Below, one piece after another: positions 20,203 to 28,377 of a stretch of 64,000 bases of DNA. The notes beneath the pieces were generated by a model. The model worked only from the letters and a program-made list of their open reading frames with translations. It did not search any database and was not told the DNA's origin. A program made the position numbers and the translations under genes. Each line of letters begins with the position of its first letter. The first letter of the stretch is position 1. Source of the DNA: Nitrospirales bacterium (GTDB taxonomy: Bacteria; Nitrospirota; Nitrospiria; Nitrospirales; UBA8639); assembly GCA_963555755.3 (NCBI GenBank), contig OY820905.2, positions 1,696,001 through 1,760,000 of the forward strand, given 5' to 3'.

Positions 20203-20338
20203 GGGGATGAGCTATCATCCAAAAGAGCTACGTCATCCGTTGTAAGACGGAACCATGGTTGCATAGGCTAGTGAACCTCTAGCGCATCCTCCTTTTGTGA
20301 AAGGGCCTACTCGGGTTTTTCGAGTAGGCCCTTTCTTT
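20203..20338 (+). ncRNA. Candidate structured small RNA
   Basis: GGGGATG/CATCCTC closing stem with internal hairpins TCCGT/ACGGA and GCTAG/CTAGC, then CCTCCTT and a strong terminator. Confidence 0.4.
20300..20338 (+). terminator. Intrinsic terminator
   Basis: AAAGGGCCTACTCG-loop-CGAGTAGGCCCTTT-CTTT. Confidence 0.85.
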
Positions 20339-20426
20339 GGGGTATTCCTGACGACATCATGTTCCAACCATTCACCTGTGTACCACACCTTAGGTTTTCC
20401 TCGCCATTGACCTTCTGCTCTATTCA

Positions 20427-20590
20427 ACCTAGAAACGGCAGTTGGGCGCAAAAAAGACGTGTAAGATATTGGTGTGCATGGTGAAATACAAAAAGTCGTG
20501 TCACCTCTCTGGTGATGAGACCTTTTTGTATTTTGCCAGGTGCGCCAAGGGCTTGCGCGGACTTTTGTGATCCAACTGCCGTTTCTAGGT
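20427..20590. mobile_element. MITE-like element, family C (uninterrupted reference copy)
   Basis: TIR ACCTAGAAACGGCAGTTGG; TCA on both flanks; followed by C and D TIR scraps at 20594-20610. Confidence 0.9.
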
Positions 20591-20695
20591 TCAACCTAGG
20601 AGCCTGTCCCAGAGCAGTCAAACGGCCCACGTGCGTTGCGATAGAAAGACATTCTGAATGGATTCTGAGTAAAACGTGAACAGTAAGGAGAGACG

Positions 20696-21937
20696 CTACA
20701 AACTACGTAGGTTCGGGGTACGTCGATGAGGCGTCTTTTCTTGCATGGTGAGGGGTAAAATCGCATCCAAGAAGTGATGCGCGATGAGGGGTTTGGCCAT
20801 TCTGGCAAGGTGTTGCACCTCTCCAGTCCGGGTCAAAAGCGTCAGCTCATTGGTGTCGTTTCCAAAGGCACAATCCGGCCCACTGACGTGATTGATCGCA
20901 ATCAAGTCGAGGGATTTTTGCTGAAGTTTCTTTTTCCCATTTTCGATGTGATGATCGGTTTCCGCTGCAAAGCCAACCAAAATTTGGTGAGTTCGCTGTT
21001 GTGATAATCCAGCGAGGATATCAGGGGTTCGTTCCAGTTCAAGGGGCTCTCCAGTCCACTCGTCCTTTTTGATCTTTTGTGTCGTGATCTGGCGTAGTCG
21101 AAAATCTCCGATTGCCGCGGTCATGATCAGCACAGTCGCCCAAGAAAATCGGTCCTGAAGGACCTGCTGCATATTCTCAGCGGTAATCACCGAAATCGTT
21201 TCAACGTTCGCTGGAGGAGTTAAGAATGTCGGCCCACTCACAAGCACCACCTCGGCTCCCCGTTGGGCCGCGGCTTCGGCACAGGCATATCCCATTTTTC
21301 CTGTGGAGGCATTCGTCATAAACCGGACCGCGTCAATGGGTTCCCTGGTCGGTCCGGCAGAAACCAAGACGCGCTGTCCAACCCAATCCTGTTGACGGCA
21401 CACGCAGGCATCGACAGCCGCCAGAATGGCCTCTTCTGAAGGCAGCCGCCCCTTTCCAATCAACCCCGAGGCTAACCCACCTTCTTCGGGTTCAAGAACC
21501 GTGACCCCACGTTGACGAAGGATGCGCGTATGGTCAACCACGGAAGGATGATCCCACATGTCCCCATCCATGGCTGGAGCCATGACTATCGGACACCGGG
21601 CGGCCAATATCATTGTACTCAAGAGATCATCGGCTAAACCCAACGCGCTCTTGGCCAGCATGTTGGCTGTGGTCGGGGCCACAAGCACCAGATCAGCAGA
21701 TTCCGTCAAGGTGAGATGCGGCATGGGAGCTCGGTCAGAAAACAGCTCTTGATACACCGGCTGCTTCGACAGCACTTCAAATGTGAGTGGGGCCACAAAC
21801 TGCGTGGCGGATGACGTCATCACCACGGAAACGTTCGCCCCTTCCTCAACAAGGGAGCGAAGAAGAGACACGGCCTTATAGGCGGCAATACTCCCGGTCA
21901 CCCCAAGAACGATTCGCGTATTGTCCCATTTTCCCAT
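20696..21937 (-). CDS. coaBC: Phosphopantothenoylcysteine decarboxylase/ligase
   Basis: GVTGSIAAYK, APTTAN, SAGPTREPIDAVRF, VGFAAET. Confidence 0.96.
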   Translation of the reverse strand: MGKWDNTRIVLGVTGSIAAYKAVSLLRSLVEEGANVSVVMTSSATQFVAPLTFEVLSKQPVYQELFSDRAPMPHLTLTESADLVLVAPTTANMLAKSALGLADDLLSTMILAARCPIVMAPAMDGDMWDHPSVVDHTRILRQRGVTVLEPEEGGLASGLIGKGRLPSEEAILAAVDACVCRQQDWVGQRVLVSAGPTREPIDAVRFMTNASTGKMGYACAEAAAQRGAEVVLVSGPTFLTPPANVETISVITAENMQQVLQDRFSWATVLIMTAAIGDFRLRQITTQKIKKDEWTGEPLELERTPDILAGLSQQRTHQILVGFAAETDHHIENGKKKLQQKSLDLIAINHVSGPDCAFGNDTNELTLLTRTGEVQHLARMAKPLIAHHFLDAILPLTMQEKTPHRRTPNLRSL

Positions 21938-21957
21938 GGAGATAACGTGGAATAACC

Positions 21958-22341
21958 TTATTTGGTTGACTTAGTCGTTTCAGTCGCTTCTGCTGGCTCG
22001 GCCGCTTTCGGGGTATCGTCAATATACACACTCAATTGTTTTTGAATTTCTTTGGCGTTTTCATCGCTCTCGATCAAGAGGGAATGGTCAAACTCCGGTC
22101 CGACACTGCGCTTGGCGTCACGGATCGCTTCTCGAGCATCTTCCCCAATAAAATAAGGCACATCACCACGCAGCACCTCTTCCAGGGCCATGGATGTTTC
22201 TTTTGCATATTTGCTGGTCTCGGCCTGTTTCCCACTCCGCATGATTTGCTTGGCTCGCTGGGCCGCCACAAGAACCACCCGGTAGCGGGAATCAAATAGT
22301 TCACTGTTGTCATCAGGCAGTAACGGAAGCGTATCAATCAT
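21958..22341 (-). CDS. rpoZ: RNA polymerase omega subunit with acidic C-terminal extension
   Basis: FDSRYRVVLVAAQRAKQI, ALEE; AGGAG RBS; gmk-rpoZ-coaBC synteny. Confidence 0.9.
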   Translation of the reverse strand: MIDTLPLLPDDNSELFDSRYRVVLVAAQRAKQIMRSGKQAETSKYAKETSMALEEVLRGDVPYFIGEDAREAIRDAKRSVGPEFDHSLLIESDENAKEIQKQLSVYIDDTPKAAEPAEATETTKSTK

Positions 22342-22364
22342 AATGGAGACTCCTTTTTGCTGCT

Positions 22365-23012
22365 TTAGAATATTGTTGAATTTTCCTGAATCGCATTTTC
22401 TTCGATTAATCCCTTTTCCTTGAGCCATTGTGTATTCAGCCGCTCGGTTTTGACACGTTCTGCAAGGAGAATAGATTCGAGTTCTTTGGTGGCTTGCGGT
22501 AACTCCTCATTACGAATCAAGTAATGATAGGAACGAAAATTGGCAATTTCATCACTCGCGCGTTGAAGACGGAGCTGAATTTCATCAGGTGAATCTGACG
22601 CTCGTCGATTTAACCGTGTCCGCAACACCTCTAAGGACGGGGGCGTAACAAAGACATAGACCGCACCCGAAAACCGCTTCAGGATCTGACGGGCACCTTG
22701 GGCATCAATATCTAACAAGACGTCAGTCCCTTGATTCATCGCCTCCTCCAGCTGCCGCTGTGGGGTTCCATATAAATTCCCGTAGACTTCAGCCCACTCC
22801 ACAAATTCATCACGCTGAATCATCTCACGAAACTGGCCTTCATCAGTAAAACAATAATCCACCCCATCTTGTTCGCCTGGCCGAGGATTTCTTGTGGTAT
22901 AGGATACTGAGAGTATCGTCTGAGGAACTTGTGCAATCATCGTCTTGCACAAGGTGCTTTTTCCTACACCAGAAGGCCCTGATACCACAAATAATATACC
23001 GGTTCGATTCAT
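22365..23012 (-). CDS. gmk: Guanylate kinase
   Basis: SGPSGVGKST, SYTTRNPRPGE, YGT. Confidence 0.97.
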   Translation of the reverse strand: MNRTGILFVVSGPSGVGKSTLCKTMIAQVPQTILSVSYTTRNPRPGEQDGVDYCFTDEGQFREMIQRDEFVEWAEVYGNLYGTPQRQLEEAMNQGTDVLLDIDAQGARQILKRFSGAVYVFVTPPSLEVLRTRLNRRASDSPDEIQLRLQRASDEIANFRSYHYLIRNEELPQATKELESILLAERVKTERLNTQWLKEKGLIEENAIQENSTIF

Positions 23013-23062
23013 GCTTCTTTACTCGTAACTTTGGTGAAGGGGTAGCCCGATTTGAACCCCAT

Positions 23063-23146
23063 CGTGATGCGTGACCCGTAATGCGTGAAGCGTAAGGACC
23101 TGAGAGAAGTTTAGGACGCTTCACGCCTTACGCTTTACACATCACG
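23063..23146. repeat. Inverted array of 7-bp repeats (CGTRAnn x5 facing nnTYACG x4)
   Basis: CGTGATG CGTGACC CGTAATG CGTGAAG CGTAAGG ... CTTCACG CCTTACG CTTTACA CATCACG. Confidence 0.8.
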
Positions 23147-23154
23147 TCCGTAGA

Positions 23155-24033
23155 TTATTCCACATTTTGCACTTGTTCGCGAATCTTTTCCAGTTCCGCT
23201 TTAAGCTGGACTACAGACTTGGAAATATCGGCATCGTTGGCCTTCGACCCAATGGTGTTCACTTCTCGCCCCATTTCCTGTAGCAAAAAGTCTAACTGCC
23301 GGCCAACGGGCTCTTTGCTTTTCACCATCGCATCAAATTGCTGGCCATGACTATCAAGCCGAGTGAGTTCTTCTGTGATGTCACACCGATCGGCGAACAT
23401 CGCTAATTCCTGTCTGAGCCGTTGGTCGTCAACCGCACCATTGCCCAGGACATCTTTGATACGCACCTTCATGCGATCATAGTAGCCTTTGGTCACCTTC
23501 GGCAACCGGCGACGAATGTGGCCCTGAACCTGTTGGACCACCTGAATACGTTTCATCATATCCGTCTGTAAGGCTTTCCCTTCACGCCGACGCATACGAT
23601 CGAGATCGTCCACCGCTCCCGACACCAAGCGTTTGACGACCCGGTTCACCGCTTTTGGGTCAACCATGTGCTCCCCCACAGAGAAAATCTCACGAAATGA
23701 TCCCAATAAGGAAACATCGACACTCCCACCTAATTTGAGATCTCGCTGCATCTCTCGAAGGACCTGATGATATTGCCGAGCCATGTGACGATCCAGCTTT
23801 AAGGTTTTGGAGGTTTCTTTCCCCCCGCCACACACCACAGACACCTCAATTCGCCCTCGACTGCACTGCTTGGCGACCACCGCTTTCAGTTCTTCCTCCA
23901 GCTCCGCTTTTCCTTTGGGGAGACGCATCACAATTTCCCGGAATCGATGATTCACCGATCGAATTTCCACAGAAATGGTCATGCCCTGAACTGCGGCTTC
24001 ACGTTTTCCAAATCCTGTCATGCTGTTTATCAT
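23155..24033 (-). CDS. yicC: YicC/YloC family endoribonuclease
   Basis: MINSMTGFG, SVNHR, GRQLDFLLQEMGREVNTIGSK, EKIREQVQNVE; ATGA overlap with nth. Confidence 0.95.
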   Translation of the reverse strand: MINSMTGFGKREAAVQGMTISVEIRSVNHRFREIVMRLPKGKAELEEELKAVVAKQCSRGRIEVSVVCGGGKETSKTLKLDRHMARQYHQVLREMQRDLKLGGSVDVSLLGSFREIFSVGEHMVDPKAVNRVVKRLVSGAVDDLDRMRRREGKALQTDMMKRIQVVQQVQGHIRRRLPKVTKGYYDRMKVRIKDVLGNGAVDDQRLRQELAMFADRCDITEELTRLDSHGQQFDAMVKSKEPVGRQLDFLLQEMGREVNTIGSKANDADISKSVVQLKAELEKIREQVQNVE

Positions 24034-24677
24034 GATCGCGCTATTTTCCCCTTCCATTCGCACGCTGAATAAATCACACAGGACTCGCACCTTGGCGTGC
24101 GCGCCACACACACATAGCGACCGTGAAGCAACAACCGCTGTGAACCACCGGTCCAATCTTTTTGAGGAAGCAAGACTTGAAGATCATATTCAATTTTTGT
24201 GGGATCAGCATAAGCCGTGAGATGCAACCGATTGGCCACTCGTTTCACATGAGTATCAACAATAATCCCGGGTTTCTGAAAGCACGCACCCAATATCACA
24301 TTCGCTGTTTTTCTCCCAATGCCCGGCAATGAGGTTAACTCTTCCATCGTGGCCGGAACTTTGCCATCGAATTGATGAACCAAGGCTTGACTGCAATGAA
24401 TTAAGCTCTTGGCTTTATTGCGATAAAACCCCGTCGAATGAATAATCGTTTCAAGCTCAGCAGGCTTAGCCTTGGACAACTGTTGCGGTCCTGGATATTT
24501 CGCAAACAGTGTTGGCGTCACTCCATTGACCCGTTCATCCGTACACTGAGCAGACAAAATAGTGGCGACAAGCAATTCAAATGGCACGCGGTGTTGAAGT
24601 TCAACAATCGCCTCAGGCATGGTCCGCTTGAGTGTCGAGATGATTCGACGGGCCCGCGCTTTTGCATCCAGTTTCAC
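24030..24677 (-). CDS. nth: Endonuclease III
   Basis: LSAQCTD, LPGIGRKTA, VDTH, Fe-S loop C-x6-C-x2-C-x5-C. Confidence 0.96.
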   Translation of the reverse strand: MKLDAKARARRIISTLKRTMPEAIVELQHRVPFELLVATILSAQCTDERVNGVTPTLFAKYPGPQQLSKAKPAELETIIHSTGFYRNKAKSLIHCSQALVHQFDGKVPATMEELTSLPGIGRKTANVILGACFQKPGIIVDTHVKRVANRLHLTAYADPTKIEYDLQVLLPQKDWTGGSQRLLLHGRYVCVARTPRCESCVIYSACEWKGKIARS

Positions 24678-24701
24678 CTACGTTCACATTTCCATGGCAG
24701 T

Positions 24702-24825
24702 GGGGGCTGTTGAAAAAGTCCGCCAGCGGCGTTCTCGGCCCGTTGTCGTGCTCACGTACGCGCGTACGCTCCGCGCGCCAACGGCCCTGTGGCCTTGCTG
24801 GACGGGCCTTTTTGAACAGCCCCCC
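24702..24825. mobile_element. Palindromic element, family E (Nitrospira-type repeat)
   Basis: TIR GGGGCTGTTGAAAAAG / CTTTTTGAACAGCCCC; core CGTACGCGCGTACG; copies at 26948, 52130, 57449. Confidence 0.85.
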
Positions 24826-24952
24826 TTCCTCTAGGCACTCGAGGAGTTAGGCGACAATCGACATTTTATTTTTTTGAAATTATTCAACCGTCCCCCTTAG
24901 TTAAATTCGAGGTTACTTCGCCAGAGTTTTAGGCCTAAGAAGCCGAGCATAC

Positions 24953-25131
24953 GTGCCTGTGACACAATAACTTTGAAATCTCGCATCCCATCTTCGGGCC
25001 ATCTTTGAACGGGTCTCAATCGAAAAAGCCTCAACATCGCCGTGCGATGCCTCGCCTTTTCCTCAATCGTTCCGTCCAAATCCGACCCAAATCTAGGCGC
25101 GATATTGTCATAGCTATTGTGTCACAGGCAC
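24953..25131. mobile_element. Family A element (reverse orientation, variant TIR GTGCCTGTGACACAATA), inserted in the hflX 3' end
   Basis: Interior is the reverse complement of the 653 copy; supplies the hflX stop codon. Confidence 0.85.
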
Positions 25132-26805
25132 TAACGGGCTTTCGGCTTCGCCATCGTCCGCATCCAGGATCTGGCCTTCTCCCACCCATCCTAACCCTTC
25201 GGCAATGGCCGAGTGAACGAGAGGCAGCGTCTCTTTATGAATGGCCGACACTCCCACAGCCTGGTTCCTGCGGCACAGGGATTCCACTTCATGAGGCTGT
25301 AACCGATCACATTTATTCATCACAAAAATTCGTGGCACTTGGGCTAATTCCAGCTCCGCGAGAATGTTTTCAACGACCTGCATTTGCTGACCAAAATCCG
25401 AGGCACTCGCATCGATGACATGCAACAATAAGTCTGCATCATGCAACTCCTCAAGGGTGCTTCGAAAGGCTTTCAATAATCCTTGAGGCAGGTCTCGAAT
25501 AAAACCGACCGTATCGGTGATGATGACTTCCTGTCCCATGGGCAATCGCAAGCGACGACTCACGGTATCGAGTGTCTCAAACGGCCGATCCTCAACCGAT
25601 ACCTGACTACCCGTCAACGCATTGAGCAAGGTGGATTTCCCCGCATTGGTATAGCCGACAATCGAAACTACAGGGACCTGGTTGCGTGTACGCTTGGTCC
25701 GTTGTTGAATCCGTTGCTTGGTCAAAGAATCCAATTGACACTCAAGATGACTCACGCGGTCACGGACTCGCCGAAGATCCGTTTCCAGTTTGGTTTCCCC
25801 AGGACCTCGCGCCCCAATACCACCACCTAATCGAGAAAAGGCTGTACTGGATTGAGAGAGTCGCGGCAACAGATACTTCAGCTGAGCCAACTCAACCTGG
25901 ACTTTTCCGGATCGGGAATGCGCCCGTCTCGCAAAAATATCTAAAATAACCTGCGTGCGATCCAGAACTTTCATCTCGGTCATTTTTGAAATTGATCGAA
26001 TCTGGGTGGGGGTGAGATCTCGATCAAAAATCAACATTTCCGCGCCGCTTTCGAGAGCATGAATAATCACCTCGGTCAACTTTCCGGCTCCTAGGACATA
26101 TTTGGGATTCACCTTCGTTAGGCGTTGTTCTATAGTTCCTAAGACCTCGATCCCTTGAGAGACCATGAGTTGCCTGGTCTCTTCGAGTCGTTCTTCTTGC
26201 TCAACAGGACTTCTTGAAAACACACTGATGAGCAACGCTCCCGGCCGATCATTCGTCGTTCGAAGCGAGGGGGTTTCTTGAGTGATTTCCGATTCTAGGG
26301 ATTGGACGAACTCCTGACATTCCATGTGAAAAGAATGAAACGCCGTCCGCCCTAATTCCGCGTAAGACTTTCCTGCAGGGTTTGGCGGAAGGAGGTGAGC
26401 CACGGAGATATGCGCCGGCTCTCCATGTTCTCCTACTCCAATTGCGACCATCAAATCCAAACGCAGCAACGCAAGGTCGGTTAAATCATCCTTGGTCAAG
26501 GGCTGATCTTTGAGGTGCGTGTGCACAAAGCGCACACCTCTCAACAACCGAGGGCCGGATCGGCTACGCGCGAGAAGAGGAATCACGAGTTGCCGATCGG
26601 TGCCGACGATAACCGACTCGATCACTCCTCGTCGATTGATCAAAAAACCAATTTGCCGACGCATCTCGTGTGACAATTCCGTTGCCGCACGTGCTAATTC
26701 TGGCGTGATGACACGCTCAACCGGAATACGCCGCCGATAGAATCGCCCGAGGCGTGCCAATTGGCTGGCTTTGAGCCCACTCAGATATCCTGTAGGATCC
26801 GGGAT
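25114..26805 (-). CDS. hflX: GTPase HflX, long N-terminal form; probable ATC start
   Basis: GARGPGETKLETD, GYTNAGKST, DTVG, NKCD; N-terminal HTH-containing domain; AAGGAGGG 7 nt before in-frame ATC 26805. Confidence 0.93.
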   Translation of the reverse strand: MPDPTGYLSGLKASQLARLGRFYRRRIPVERVITPELARAATELSHEMRRQIGFLINRRGVIESVIVGTDRQLVIPLLARSRSGPRLLRGVRFVHTHLKDQPLTKDDLTDLALLRLDLMVAIGVGEHGEPAHISVAHLLPPNPAGKSYAELGRTAFHSFHMECQEFVQSLESEITQETPSLRTTNDRPGALLISVFSRSPVEQEERLEETRQLMVSQGIEVLGTIEQRLTKVNPKYVLGAGKLTEVIIHALESGAEMLIFDRDLTPTQIRSISKMTEMKVLDRTQVILDIFARRAHSRSGKVQVELAQLKYLLPRLSQSSTAFSRLGGGIGARGPGETKLETDLRRVRDRVSHLECQLDSLTKQRIQQRTKRTRNQVPVVSIVGYTNAGKSTLLNALTGSQVSVEDRPFETLDTVSRRLRLPMGQEVIITDTVGFIRDLPQGLLKAFRSTLEELHDADLLLHVIDASASDFGQQMQVVENILAELELAQVPRIFVMNKCDRLQPHEVESLCRRNQAVGVSAIHKETLPLVHSAIAEGLGWVGEGQILDADDGEAESPLVPVTQ

Positions 26806-26822
26806 GGACTGACCCTCCTTGA

Positions 26823-27207
26823 ACCTGGAAACAGCAGTTGAACCACAAAAGTCTACGCAAGCTCTTGGCGCAACCTAGGTGCCTGTCCAAGATTAGACTG
26901 ATCTACTACGGACGTACTGGATGTGGCCAGATCTTCCGATCCTTTTTGGGGAATGTTGAAAAAGGCCCCCAGCTGCGTTCTCGGGCTTTTGGCGTGCTCA
27001 CGTACTCCGTGTACGCTCCGCCCGCCAAGCCTACTCCGCCAAAGTAGCCTTGGGCTACGAAGGCCGGGAAGCCCTGCGGCCTTGCTGGATGGCCTTTTTG
27101 AACATTCCCCCTTCTCGTTGAATAGTCCCACTATTCGCCTCACACGATCGAAACATCTGACTCAAACCCGCACAATCTCGCGACGATCCCTAATGTCGGA
27201 CAGCCTC
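26823..27207. mobile_element. Nested composite: C arm (26823-26874), D (26879-27207) containing E (26948-27110) containing a ~48-bp palindromic insert (27021-27068)
   Basis: Direct comparison with the uninterrupted C, D and E copies. Confidence 0.85.
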
Positions 27208-28259
27208 CTAAGTTGAAGATTCGCCTTGGCATCCACATCCCAGGATGCCAAATCTCCTCGATCGTACGCCCAAAGTCCTGCTGTGGCAATCATCGCAGCA
27301 TTGTCCGTGCACAATCCAAGGCTTGGCACAATCAGTTGCACTCCGAATTCAGCCGACCGATCCTTGAGTACGGCCCGAAGACGACTATTAGCCGAGACCC
27401 CGCCAACTACGGCTACCGTTTTCACCTTGTAACAACGAACGGCACGAAAGGTTTTTTCAACTAACACGTCGACTATCGCTTCTTGATAACCCGCCGCCAC
27501 ATCGGCGAGAACACAGTCCTGCCCATTTTTTTTTAGATCTCTGAGGTAATACAACAAGGAAGTTTTGAGTCCACTGAAACTAAAGTTCAACCCGCCTCGA
27601 TTCAGGTACGGCCGTGGGAACCGAACCGCCTGAGGATTTCCCGAACGCGCTAGTTGATCAAGTGCCGGCCCACCGGGAAAGTCCAACCCAAGCATTTTGG
27701 CCCCTTTATCAAACGCTTCTCCTGCGGCATCATCCAGGGTCCGGCCAATGAGATGGTATTCCTGGAGCTGTGGCACGAAGTATACATGCGTATGTCCGCC
27801 TGATACGATTAAAATCACGCATGGTGTGCCGAGCTCTGGCTGCTCCACCCAAGCCGACGCCAGGTGTCCCTCAAGATGATTCACGGCAATCCACGGAATG
27901 CCCTGCGCGTAGGCCAAGGCTTTCCCAAAACTCACCCCAACCAAAAGCGCACCGGCCAACCCAGGGCCTTGGGTCACGGCAATGGCTTTGACATCTGCCA
28001 AATTGATTTTTGCACAACGGAGGGCCTCCTGAACAATATCCTCGATTTGCTCCGTATGTTTCCGCGAAGCCAGTTCCGGGACAACACCTCCAAATCGTCG
28101 ATGCACTTCATGTTGGGAAGCCACGATATTGGAGCACAACACCCCGTCTAGCGATAACACCGCCGCAGCGGTTTCATCGCACGAGGTTTCAATCCCCAGA
28201 ATGTATCCACGTTCTGCTGATGTTCTGTCCAAAGCGTTGGAATGATTTTGCAAAATCAT
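27162..28259 (-). CDS. tsaD: tRNA t6A37 threonylcarbamoyltransferase subunit TsaD
   Basis: ILGIETSCDET, GGVVPELASR, NHLEGH, VSGGHT, CTDNAAMI. Confidence 0.96.
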   Translation of the reverse strand: MILQNHSNALDRTSAERGYILGIETSCDETAAAVLSLDGVLCSNIVASQHEVHRRFGGVVPELASRKHTEQIEDIVQEALRCAKINLADVKAIAVTQGPGLAGALLVGVSFGKALAYAQGIPWIAVNHLEGHLASAWVEQPELGTPCVILIVSGGHTHVYFVPQLQEYHLIGRTLDDAAGEAFDKGAKMLGLDFPGGPALDQLARSGNPQAVRFPRPYLNRGGLNFSFSGLKTSLLYYLRDLKKNGQDCVLADVAAGYQEAIVDVLVEKTFRAVRCYKVKTVAVVGGVSANSRLRAVLKDRSAEFGVQLIVPSLGLCTDNAAMIATAGLWAYDRGDLASWDVDAKANLQLRRLSDIRDRREIVRV

Positions 28260-28286
28260 TCAGGTGGCAGGAAGTTATTTAACCAT

Positions 28287-28330
28287 AAAAACACAACGAC
28301 CCTCATCGCTCGTCGGCCATGAGGGTCGTT
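28287..28330 (-). terminator. Probable intrinsic terminator after clpC
   Basis: 12-bp stem AACGACCCTCAT/ATGAGGGTCGTT followed by GTGTTTTT on the minus strand. Confidence 0.65.
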
Positions 28331-28377
28331 CTCTGTCTTACACAATAGTATGGTGTCACAGTCGAAAGGTCATGAGG

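Noticed and set aside
19733..20420. Prophage/island at tRNA-Ser, or SRP RNA next to tadA-tRNA-Ser
   Set aside because: No integrase, no repeated tRNA 3' end, and no SRP core motif found by eye
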